Positions 29,843 through 38,373 of a stretch of DNA of 64,000 bases are shown here, piece after piece. The notes below the pieces were generated by a model. The model saw only the letters and a list, made by a program, of their open reading frames with translations. It had not been told where the DNA came from and ran no database searches. The stretch spans positions 1,367,574 to 1,431,573 of the forward strand of contig CBDFJQ010000002.1 in NCBI GenBank assembly GCA_965248575.1, in the 5' to 3' direction. The stretch comes from Planctomycetota bacterium. GTDB taxonomy: Bacteria > Planctomycetota > B15-G4. How positions within the stretch are numbered: the first letter of the stretch is position 1; every line of letters starts with the position of its first letter. The position numbers and the translations under genes were made by a program.

Positions 29843-31096
29843 CTAGTGACTCATCAAATCGCGGTGGACGGCTTCCACCGCATCCAGCTGCTTCTCCAAG
29901 CTAAACATCTGAGAAGCCCGCATGCGCCCCGCCGCCCCCATTCGTTTGGCCAGAGCGGGGTTCAGCAGCAGGCGCCGCAGCCGGTCGGCCATGACCGCCG
30001 TCTGCAGGGGGTTCACCAGGAAGCCCGTCTCACCATCCACCACCACGTCCGAGGGACCGCCCCACATGGAGGCCACCACGGGCCGCCCGGCAGCCATGGC
30101 CTCCAGATTCACCAGGCCAAAGGACTCGAAGCAGAGCGAAGGGCTGACCACCACGGACGCCAGGGAGAAGGCCGCGGCCAGCTCGTCACCTGTCAACCAA
30201 CCGGTGCGGACGAGCCGTTCGGCCCCCAGTCCATTGCGCTCGGCCAGGGCCAGCATCTCCTCGAAGAAGCCCGGCAAGGCATCGCCCACCAACAGCAGGA
30301 CCAGATCGGGCACATCCTGCACCAGGGCGGCCAGGGACTCGACCAACTCGAGCCCTCCCTTGAGCCTGTCGATGCGCCCCCCATAGAGCACGCAGGGCTG
30401 GCCAGCGACACCTAGGCGCTCCGCCAGCTGGCGCGCTACATCAGCCTTTGGCACTGCAACCGCAGGGGGAGCGGCATTGAAGACCGTCGTGCAGGGCCCG
30501 ATACCGCTCTGCGCCAGGGCAGCCCCCATCTCGTCGCTTACGGCCAGCAAGCGATCCACATCCGACGCCAGCACCTTCTTGATGCGCCCATTGCGCAGCG
30601 GATTGAAGCGGCCGCGCACGCAAACGGCACACTTCAGGAGGCCATTCCGATAGGGAACGGGATCGCCCGGCTCGAGCCGCTCGTCCAGGTGACAGAACAG
30701 CTTCTGGTGGCACACGGGCATGATGTCATGCACGTGCAGGATCGTCCTGCAACCCGCAGACCCTGCGGCTGCAAGGGCAGCGTAGCTCAGGTGGATGTGC
30801 AGGTTGTGCACGTGAACGATCTCTGGCCGCACCTCGGCCACCACGCGCTGCATGGCCGAGACGCCCCCGGGGTTGTCCAGGCTGCGCCAAGCCTTCCAAC
30901 GGGGGTTGTAGGTCGGCGTGTACTCCAGGTGCACATCGACCCCGTTCTCGGTCCAGCGGCGAGCCTCAGCAGGCTTCTGGGTCGTAGCCAGGAAGGAGAC
31001 CTCATGCCCCCGACTGGCCAGCCCCTCCGCCATGCGGACCGCGACCCCCGCAGCTGAGGAACGCCCATAGAGATCGTTCGCGACGAGCAGCTTCAT
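29843..31096 (-). CDS. Glycosyltransferase family 4 (GT-B)
   Basis: 417 aa. The C-terminal domain has the GT4 E-x7-E region: VSPSLCFESFGLVNLEAMAAGRPVVASMWGGPSDVVVDGETGFLV. Confidence 0.85.
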   Translation of the reverse strand: MKLLVANDLYGRSSAAGVAVRMAEGLASRGHEVSFLATTQKPAEARRWTENGVDVHLEYTPTYNPRWKAWRSLDNPGGVSAMQRVVAEVRPEIVHVHNLHIHLSYAALAAAGSAGCRTILHVHDIMPVCHQKLFCHLDERLEPGDPVPYRNGLLKCAVCVRGRFNPLRNGRIKKVLASDVDRLLAVSDEMGAALAQSGIGPCTTVFNAAPPAVAVPKADVARQLAERLGVAGQPCVLYGGRIDRLKGGLELVESLAALVQDVPDLVLLLVGDALPGFFEEMLALAERNGLGAERLVRTGWLTGDELAAAFSLASVVVSPSLCFESFGLVNLEAMAAGRPVVASMWGGPSDVVVDGETGFLVNPLQTAVMADRLRRLLLNPALAKRMGAAGRMRASQMFSLEKQLDAVEAVHRDLMSH

Positions 31097-31176
31097 CGCC
31101 GCTCGACGGGGCCCCGTCGCCCCGACCGTCGTTCAACCTGTCCTGCAAGCCGTCCTGCAACAACGACCACGTCAGC

Positions 31177-32634
31177 TCAGATCTCGGGGAAGTCGCTGGA
31201 CACGGGAGCCTGGGTCTTGCCCAGCTTGAACGCACGGGCCACGCGCGCCTTGCCCTCGTCATCCCAGTTCTCGATGTAGTAACGAATCCGGGCCCAGTAG
31301 CGCTTCGCGCGCGAGGGGAAGGAGTCGTACCAGGCCTCATAGTCTTCCACGAGGCTGCGCTTGATGCGGTTCAGCTCATCGTTGCTGAAGTTCTCATGCA
31401 TGTAGGGCGAGCGGTCCGAGTCCACGTATTCGGTGCGCACGAGTTCCGGGTCGATGCGGTCCGCGTATTGCTCAAAGGAGGCAGTGGCCGTGAGCGGATT
31501 GAACAAGGACGTGCGCACACGGTCCGGCATCGCCGCCCGGATCCCGCGTGCCGTCTCTTCGATGTCCTCCATGGTCTCGCCGGGCGTCCCGACGATCAGG
31601 AAGACCTTCGACCAGATGCCTGCGCGACGGGTCATCTTCAGGCACTCGACCACCTTCTCGGCCTTGTAGTCCTTGATCAGCGTGTCGAGGCTGCGCTGGC
31701 TCACGGATTCCACACCGAAGTACATCCGGTTGAAGCCGGCCTTCTTCATGGTGCGGGCCATGTCGTAGTCGATCATGTCCACGCGCGTCTCGCAGGACAT
31801 GTTCAACTTCAGGCCACGCTTCATGATCCCTTCGCAGAGGTCGTAGACGCGCTGCTTCTGGCAGGTGAACAGCTCGTCGATGAACAGCACGTTGCCCGGT
31901 TCGTAGGTGTCCGAGATCTCCTGCAGCTCGTCCAGGATGTTCTCGACCGAACGCGTGCGGAATCCACGGCCCGTCAACTCCTTCTGGCAGAACACACAGC
32001 GGAAGGGGCAGCCGCGACTGGTGAAGATGTAGAACAGCTTCTCCTTGTTCATCGCGGAGTAGCGCGGGAAGGGAAGCATCTCCCAGGCCGGGAACGGGAT
32101 GCGGTCCAGGTCCTTGATGAGCGGGGGCTGGGGGTTGGCGTGCCGCGTGCCGTCTGCCTTGTTGAAGGCGATACCGGGCACCGACTCCAGGGCATCGCGG
32201 CCCTGGTCGACACCGCGGGCGAAGTCGACGATGGAATCCTCGGCCTCACCACCGATGACATAGTCGATAGCGCTGCCGGCATCCAGGAAGGTGTCCACGT
32301 CGACGGTGGCGTGCGGGCCGCCCATGACGGTGATCACTTCGGGCCGCGCCTGCTTCGCCTTCTCGGCGTAGCGGATGGCACGGTTCACGTGCGGCGTGAG
32401 CGCTGACAAGCCCAGGATGTCTGCCTTGGAGATGTACTCATCCACCTCGGCGGCGGTGCAGACGCGCTCGTCGCAGCACTCCACGTCGCAACCCGCCTCA
32501 CGCAGGATGGCGGACAGGTAGATGATGCCCAAGGGCATGGCGATGAAGAAGTCGTCCTGCCCCGGAGGGGTGACATACATCAGGATGATCTTCTTCTTGG
32601 TGACGGGGGCGCTAGGCGCGTTGTCGCTCATCAA
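31177..32634 (-). CDS. Cobalamin-binding (class B) radical SAM enzyme
   Basis: B12-binding N-domain (KKIILMYVTPPGQD...PLGIIYLSAILREAGCDVECCD) and the radical SAM motif FTSRGCPFRCVFCQ. 485 aa. Confidence 0.85.
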   Translation of the reverse strand: MMSDNAPSAPVTKKKIILMYVTPPGQDDFFIAMPLGIIYLSAILREAGCDVECCDERVCTAAEVDEYISKADILGLSALTPHVNRAIRYAEKAKQARPEVITVMGGPHATVDVDTFLDAGSAIDYVIGGEAEDSIVDFARGVDQGRDALESVPGIAFNKADGTRHANPQPPLIKDLDRIPFPAWEMLPFPRYSAMNKEKLFYIFTSRGCPFRCVFCQKELTGRGFRTRSVENILDELQEISDTYEPGNVLFIDELFTCQKQRVYDLCEGIMKRGLKLNMSCETRVDMIDYDMARTMKKAGFNRMYFGVESVSQRSLDTLIKDYKAEKVVECLKMTRRAGIWSKVFLIVGTPGETMEDIEETARGIRAAMPDRVRTSLFNPLTATASFEQYADRIDPELVRTEYVDSDRSPYMHENFSNDELNRIKRSLVEDYEAWYDSFPSRAKRYWARIRYYIENWDDEGKARVARAFKLGKTQAPVSSDFPEI

Positions 32635-32651
32635 TCTACCACTCGGTCAGT

Positions 32652-34100
32652 TCAGCCACGTCTGGGGACAGTCTGCTCTCGCGCCGGATCGTCAGGCGCC
32701 CCAGAGGCGTCTGCTGCACCGGCACTCCCCCCGGCCCTGGCCTTCATTCTGGCTGGAGCACGGCGAAAGTAGACGAATATGTATACCAGATGAAAAAGGA
32801 CAACGACCTGGCCGAAGCCCGCCGCCGCTGCAGCTCCCTTCGGCCCCCAGGCCGTCGTAGCTAAAAAGATCCCAACGGTCATCAGGGTGGAATACAGCAG
32901 GTTCTGGATCACGCAATGCCGCATGCGGTTCGCGTAGATGTAGAACGGCTCCACGATCACGGCGAAGCCGGTGAACAGATAGCCGGAGGCCAGCAACAGG
33001 TAGATCTCGAAGGATCCTGCGTATCGGCTGCCGTATCCGTAGGTGATGACCAGCCAGACGAAGGGGATCGAGAGCAGCGTCGCCCCGATGGCCAAGCCGC
33101 CTGCCGTCAGCGAAAGGCGCCGCAGCATGCCCCCCAGCTTGTCGATGGGAACATCCGACTGACCCATCTTCAGACCCAGGGTCGGCAAGATGTTCGTACC
33201 AATCGCTCCGATGGCCCCGCCCAGCACCATGGTCAGCACGCTGCCCACCTTGTAGACCCCGTTGTCCTCCATGCCCTCCACCGCCATGGCGTTGGCCGCG
33301 GCCACGGCGGGGATGAAGATCATGCCGAGCCGGGGCACCACGGCGGCCATGGACTTGCCGAGGGCCAGGAGGAAGGAGAGGCCAAAAAAAGTGGAAAGGG
33401 GAGCCTTGGGAATGGCCCGCAGCACCTTCCGGAAGGGTGGCGGCGCCAGATTGGGGTGCAGCTTGCGAGCCCAGCGATAGACGAACAGCCCGGCCACGCC
33501 CGACAGGATTCCATGGGCCACGAAGGCCCAGGCCGCCGAGGTGGGTGTCGCACTCACCCACAGAGCCCCCGAGACGAGGCCCACACGCAAGATGTTCGTG
33601 GCCATGTCAAAGGTGGCGTAGGTCCGCATCTGCCGCGTGCCGTTGAAGATCGCCAGCGTCAGGCTGCGCAGGATCTCCCCCACGACCGCCAGCGACAACA
33701 CCGCCGCCACCGCACCCACGTCGCGGTCGTCCAGGAACCTCTCGGCGAGCGCCGGCGCCGCGAACCAGGCCAGGAGCAAGACCCCCACGGACATCAGGGC
33801 GCCCAGCTTCAGCAGCGCCGCCAGCGCTTGGATGCTTCCCCCCTCGTCACTCAGCCCCTTCGCCTTGCTGTAACGGGACACGGCGGCGTTGGTGAGACCG
33901 AGGTTCACCAGGAAGAACAAGAACATGTAGAGCTCGCGCGATGTGGTCCATCGGCCGAACTCGTATTCGGACAACATGCGCGTCGTGATCAGCGACGTCA
34001 CGAGATAGGTCGCGCTCTGGACAAGGCTCGCGCCTTGCAAGACCAGCGTGTCACGTACGAACTTCTTCTGGCCGAAGGCCTTGATGCGATGACGGATCAC
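32652..34100 (-). CDS. Polysaccharide biosynthesis protein, Wzx-type oligosaccharide flippase (MOP/PST family)
   Basis: 482 aa, about 12-14 predicted TM helices. The N-terminus MIRHRIKAFGQKKFVRDTLVLQGASLVQSATYLVTSLITTRMLSEYEFG is typical of the PST family. Confidence 0.8.
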   Translation of the reverse strand: MIRHRIKAFGQKKFVRDTLVLQGASLVQSATYLVTSLITTRMLSEYEFGRWTTSRELYMFLFFLVNLGLTNAAVSRYSKAKGLSDEGGSIQALAALLKLGALMSVGVLLLAWFAAPALAERFLDDRDVGAVAAVLSLAVVGEILRSLTLAIFNGTRQMRTYATFDMATNILRVGLVSGALWVSATPTSAAWAFVAHGILSGVAGLFVYRWARKLHPNLAPPPFRKVLRAIPKAPLSTFFGLSFLLALGKSMAAVVPRLGMIFIPAVAAANAMAVEGMEDNGVYKVGSVLTMVLGGAIGAIGTNILPTLGLKMGQSDVPIDKLGGMLRRLSLTAGGLAIGATLLSIPFVWLVITYGYGSRYAGSFEIYLLLASGYLFTGFAVIVEPFYIYANRMRHCVIQNLLYSTLMTVGIFLATTAWGPKGAAAAAGFGQVVVLFHLVYIFVYFRRAPARMKARAGGSAGAADASGAPDDPAREQTVPRRG

Positions 34101-35329
34101 GAGCGGGCCCGCCTCCCGCGCACGGCGGCGAGTTCTGCGTAGATGTCCGCCACGCGGTTAGCAGCCCGCTCCCAGGTCTGGCCCTTGGCGCGCTCCAGGC
34201 CCGCGCGCCCCATGCTGCGTGCCCTCTCGTCGTTCTCCAGCAACAGACACAGGGCCTCGGCGAGTCCTGCCAGATCGTCGCGGCTGCGGAGGAAGCCGTT
34301 CTCCCCGTCGGTGATGGCGTCCTCGGCCCCGCTGTCCAGCACACCCACCACAGGCCGGCCGGCGGCGCCGGCCTCCAGGAACACGAGGCCGAAAGCTTCG
34401 AAGCCCCCTTCCTTGCTCGTCTGGGGAGTGAGCATGAAGGCCTGCGCTCCACGCATGAGGGCGACCTTGCGGCCCTCGGTCACATTCCCCAGGAAGTGCA
34501 CATGCTCCTGGGCCCCCGCCGCCTCGATCTGCGCCAGGAGGCCCTGGTAGTACGGGTCCTGCTCGGCGAAGCGCCCCACGATCACGAAGTGTGCCGACGG
34601 GCAACGCTCCCAGGCCTTGAGGAAGGCTGGCAGGGAGGTCTCATAGCCCTTGCGCTGCTTCACCTCGCCCACGCACAGGATGTACGGTTCGGGCACTTCG
34701 GGCGTCTCGCCGCGCGCGGCCAGCACGTCGTAATCGTCCGGCACGCAACCGTAGGGCACCACTTCCGCGTCGCCCGGGTCCACGACCCGCTCCACCTGGC
34801 GCAGGGCGAAGCGCGCACCCATCAGGAAGCGGTCGGCTCGCTTGTACATCCAGTTCAGGAGGTTCTGGTGAATGGGCATGGCGGCGGGAGTCACGGAGTA
34901 GGTGCCGTGACCGCTCACCACCACCGGGCGACCGGAGAGCACCCCGACGAGAACTGCCACGAAGCCCAGCGGGTAGTCGGACAGGCTGTGCACCACATCC
35001 GCGCGCCGCGCCGCGCGCACGAGCATGGGCAAGCTGCTGAACACCAACCACGCCAACTTGGGCAGGTTCAGGAAGGGGAAGTGGTTCATGGGCAACAGCG
35101 GATAGACCGTGACCCCCTTGCGCGGCATGTCGCTGGCGAAGCCCCGGTGCCCACGCCCGATGTACAGCTCGAGACCGGAACAACGCGGAATCAGGTAGCG
35201 CAGGGTCGACACGCTGTAGCGCCCCACGCCGTCCACCTCGGAAAGCGAATGGGTCAGCACCATGACCCGAGGCTTGGCTGCATCTCCGGTCCCGGTATCG
35301 ACGTTGGTCTCGAGCTCTGGCTTGCTCAT
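34097..35329 (-). CDS. Glycosyltransferase family 4
   Basis: ORF 34097..35374; start at MSKPELE (35329) or MVLTHSL (35263). C-terminal GT4 motif FMLTPQTSKEGGFEAFGLVFLEAGAAGRPVVGVLDSGAEDAITDGENGFL. Overlaps wzx by 4 nt. Confidence 0.8.
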   Translation of the reverse strand: MSKPELETNVDTGTGDAAKPRVMVLTHSLSEVDGVGRYSVSTLRYLIPRCSGLELYIGRGHRGFASDMPRKGVTVYPLLPMNHFPFLNLPKLAWLVFSSLPMLVRAARRADVVHSLSDYPLGFVAVLVGVLSGRPVVVSGHGTYSVTPAAMPIHQNLLNWMYKRADRFLMGARFALRQVERVVDPGDAEVVPYGCVPDDYDVLAARGETPEVPEPYILCVGEVKQRKGYETSLPAFLKAWERCPSAHFVIVGRFAEQDPYYQGLLAQIEAAGAQEHVHFLGNVTEGRKVALMRGAQAFMLTPQTSKEGGFEAFGLVFLEAGAAGRPVVGVLDSGAEDAITDGENGFLRSRDDLAGLAEALCLLLENDERARSMGRAGLERAKGQTWERAANRVADIYAELAAVRGRRARS

Positions 35330-37176
35330 CCGTCGCTCCCAGTCCCAGTGTCGAGTCGCCAGGCGCGGATCCAAGGACCCGGTCGCTCGTAGCTCCAGAG
35401 CTGCGTCAGGGCAAACTCCATGTCCGTCGGCAAGGCTGCTTCCCCGGGCGCCGACTGGCCCGTGGGCGAACGCTCGTACACGAGCGTGCCGTGCTGCGCC
35501 GTGAACTCGTCGATGGGCGCACGCGGCTCCGCCACGGGCGCACGGTCCACCCGCACGTAGACGTCAACACTCCACTCCTTCATCCAGGCGTCCAAAGACA
35601 TCTCGATGGGCGGCTTCCCGAACAGGAAGTCCGTCGGGTAGTAGCTGATGTACCGCCAGTAGCGCTGGATAGGCAACAGGTGTCGTGCGTGCAGAGGCGC
35701 TGGCACTCCAGCCTCGGCTTCGGCCACGGCGCGTTGCTCCTGTCGACCGAGCCAGACGGAGCCCGCCTGCGCATCCCCCACCGCGCGGCGCCCCTGATCT
35801 TCCAGCATGGCAACGAGTGTCTCGGCGCGCGGCGTCATGGGCGGACCGTATTGGGCACCGAGCCCATCAACGGCGGCGAGCTCTTCCGGACCGATGATTG
35901 CGAGCAACTCCTGGGACGCCAGCGAGCGTGTGTCCGTTCTCCCGAGCAAGGCGTCCAGACGAGCTGCCTGCACGATGGGGACCGCCAGCAATACGCAGGC
36001 CAGCACGCGCATGGCGCCTCCCCTGCGAGCCAGGGCCGTGAGCAGACGACCAGCACCCAGGGCCAGGAAGGGCACCGCCGTCATCATGTAGCGCACATGG
36101 CTGCCGTCGTAGACCAAGAACAGCGCGCAGGCCAGCAGGGCCGGAACGACCACCAGCAGCAGGCTCTCCCAGCGCGTCTGCCGACAGCGAGCCCAGAGCA
36201 GCAGACCCACCAGCCCGGCCAGCGCCAACACCGGGTCGTAGCCCAACCACGAGCGCAGCACGGTTCCGAAGCGCGCGCCCCCCAGCAGCCCCAGACTGAA
36301 GGCTTGTCCGCCCAGGTCCAGCACCTCGTCCCCGCCTTCCGCCAGGAGCTGGCTCTGGTCCGTCTGGAAACCGGCCCCACTGTCTGCGCCGTGCACCCAG
36401 CTGAACGGATAGCCGAGCGAGAGCAGGACCAGCCCCGCCGCCAGCACGCCGACAGCCAGCTGACCAAGCACCCGCACTCTCTTGCCCGGCTCCGCGCGCG
36501 CCGCGACACACAGCAGCCCCACACAGGGGACCGCCAGATAGAGCAGACCCACCTGGAAGCTCGCCCCGGCCAAGGCGCTGGCGCCGAAGGCGGCTAGCAC
36601 ATCCCGGACCCGACGCCGACGCTGCAGGCGCAGGGTCAACGCCAGACCCAAGGCCGCGAAACCCAGCATCGGCGCCCAGGGGCGAACGGTGTGTGCGAAC
36701 TGGACCACCATCAGGGATGAGCCCGCCAGCAGCGCCGCAACGGCTGCTTCGGCCTTGCTGCGTCTCAGCTCCCGGGCCGCCCGATAGACCCCCCAGGGCA
36801 GCAGCAGAGCCAAGAGCGCCGAGAGCACACGGCCGGGGAACCAGGCCAGCCCAGGGTCCTCGAAGATGGCTTCGGCGAAGGCGCCCGCCCCACCCCATTC
36901 GCCGCTCAGCTTGCCGACGGCAAAGCGCATCCCCAGAGCGCCGAGATTCAGATACGGCAAGAGGTAGGGATAGGTGGTGTAGACAGCGCCCTCGGGAACC
37001 AGCGCGCCCAGCCCGCCGCCGTCCGCTGCATCCCGGGCCATGCCCAACGCACAGCGCACCACCGTGTCGTCCGGCACATAGCGATGCGGCAAGCCATGGT
37101 CGAGCGACAAGCCCATCAAGACGGCCACCAAGACCATCACGGCGCGCAGGGGATGGTCTCGCCCCATAAGCATCAC
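35326..37176 (-). CDS. Polytopic membrane protein, putative GT-C-fold glycosyltransferase (ArnT/PMT-like) or polymerase/ligase-like component
   Basis: 616 aa. About 12 TM helices in the first 430 aa with an acidic PDD in the first loop, then a ~190-aa soluble C-terminal domain. Assignment is by architecture only. Confidence 0.4.
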   Translation of the reverse strand: MMLMGRDHPLRAVMVLVAVLMGLSLDHGLPHRYVPDDTVVRCALGMARDAADGGGLGALVPEGAVYTTYPYLLPYLNLGALGMRFAVGKLSGEWGGAGAFAEAIFEDPGLAWFPGRVLSALLALLLPWGVYRAARELRRSKAEAAVAALLAGSSLMVVQFAHTVRPWAPMLGFAALGLALTLRLQRRRRVRDVLAAFGASALAGASFQVGLLYLAVPCVGLLCVAARAEPGKRVRVLGQLAVGVLAAGLVLLSLGYPFSWVHGADSGAGFQTDQSQLLAEGGDEVLDLGGQAFSLGLLGGARFGTVLRSWLGYDPVLALAGLVGLLLWARCRQTRWESLLLVVVPALLACALFLVYDGSHVRYMMTAVPFLALGAGRLLTALARRGGAMRVLACVLLAVPIVQAARLDALLGRTDTRSLASQELLAIIGPEELAAVDGLGAQYGPPMTPRAETLVAMLEDQGRRAVGDAQAGSVWLGRQEQRAVAEAEAGVPAPLHARHLLPIQRYWRYISYYPTDFLFGKPPIEMSLDAWMKEWSVDVYVRVDRAPVAEPRAPIDEFTAQHGTLVYERSPTGQSAPGEAALPTDMEFALTQLWSYERPGPWIRAWRLDTGTGSDG

Positions 37177-38373
37177 TCAGTGAGCCCCCACCACGAGCTT
37201 CTCGCGCAGGAAGTTGGCCACGAGCCGGCCGCGCTCGGCCCAGTCGTAGGGCAGCACATCCTGTTCGGCCTGCAGTGCCAAGCGGGTGCGCAAGGCCTCG
37301 TCCTGGATCAAGGCGTCCAAGCCCTCGGCCATGGCCGTGGGGTCGTCGGGCGCCACGAGGTAGGCGTTGGCATCGTGCTGCAGCACCTCCCGCAGGGAGG
37401 GCAGGTCGGTGCCGAGGATGGCCCGACCGCTGGCCATGGCCTCGAACATCTTGAGCGGCGAGGTGTACTTGCGGCTGATGGTCTCGCGCGCGCTGTTGGG
37501 CAGGGCGATGACATCGCCGGCAGCTAGGTAGAAGGGCACGGCCTGATGCGGAACGCTGCCCGCGAGGATCACGCGCCCCGGCGCGTGTAGCGCTACCAGC
37601 TTCTCGATACGGGACAGGTTCGGCGCGTCGCCTCCGACCACCAGGAGTTGCGCCTGTGGCAGTTGGCCCATGGCCTGCACCAGGGTGTCCACTCCCTTCC
37701 ACTCGTAGAGCTGGCCCGCATACACCACGGTCGGGACATCGGCCCGCAGCGAGAGGTGCTGGCGTGCATCCTCGACACTGGGACGCGTGGCGAAGCGCGA
37801 CAGGTGCACCCCGTCACGCGCCACGAGGATCCGGCTGGACTCAAGGCCCTCGCGCTCCAGGTCCTGCTTCAGGCCGTCGCTGATGACCACCACGGCCCGC
37901 AGCGATTTGAGTGCCGCCACCACTCGTCGTAGACGCCCTCCTGCTTCGGGCAGGTTGTGGATCTCCGCCGCCACCCGGGCACGATCCCCCGCCCGCAAAC
38001 CACCCACCAGGATCTCCAAGGTGTAGTGATCGCGCACCAGGATGCCCGCGTCCCGCTCCACCGCCGCTCGCGCCAAGGCGCGCAACCCGAACGTGATGGA
38101 CTGCATCAGGAAGGGCACGCGCTGGGCCGAGGGCTTCACCATGTCGATGGTGTCGATGTTGGCGATGCGACAGACCTCGAAGTTGCGCCGCACGCCGTAG
38201 TGCGCCCAAGGGTCCACGGCGCGGTACGGGAAGCGGCGCGGCACCACCACATCCACCACCAGGCCCGTGTCCGCCAAGGCCTCGGCCATGGCCGCCACCT
38301 GGATGCCGTGCGCCCGCACGCCAGGGAAGCGCACGTTGACAATCAAGTCGAGACGGGTGAGGTCGCTGCTCAC
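37177..38373 (-). CDS. Glycosyltransferase family 4
   Basis: ORF 37177..38802, but the first 140 codons overlap the upstream gene. Likely GTG start (complement 38371-38373) overlapping the upstream stop (GTGA), giving VSSDLTRLDLIVNVRFPGVRAHGIQ.... C-terminal GT4 motif VIALPNSARETISRKYTSPLKMFEAMASGRAILGTDLPSLREV. Confidence 0.75.
   Translation of the reverse strand: MSSDLTRLDLIVNVRFPGVRAHGIQVAAMAEALADTGLVVDVVVPRRFPYRAVDPWAHYGVRRNFEVCRIANIDTIDMVKPSAQRVPFLMQSITFGLRALARAAVERDAGILVRDHYTLEILVGGLRAGDRARVAAEIHNLPEAGGRLRRVVAALKSLRAVVVISDGLKQDLEREGLESSRILVARDGVHLSRFATRPSVEDARQHLSLRADVPTVVYAGQLYEWKGVDTLVQAMGQLPQAQLLVVGGDAPNLSRIEKLVALHAPGRVILAGSVPHQAVPFYLAAGDVIALPNSARETISRKYTSPLKMFEAMASGRAILGTDLPSLREVLQHDANAYLVAPDDPTAMAEGLDALIQDEALRTRLALQAEQDVLPYDWAERGRLVANFLREKLVVGAH

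Noticed and set aside
31396-34142. Plus-strand ORFs 31396..32406 (336 aa) and 32916..34142 (408 aa) opposite the rSAM and Wzx genes
   Set aside because: They are antisense to genes with clear radical SAM and flippase signatures. Their translations are His/Arg/Gly/Asp-rich low-complexity.
35867-37702. 611-aa minus-strand ORF (Gly/Arg/Ala-rich) overlapping the GT-C-like and GT4 genes in another frame
   Set aside because: It is an out-of-frame overlap with two well-supported genes, and its composition is extreme (poly-Gly/Arg). It is a GC-driven artefact.
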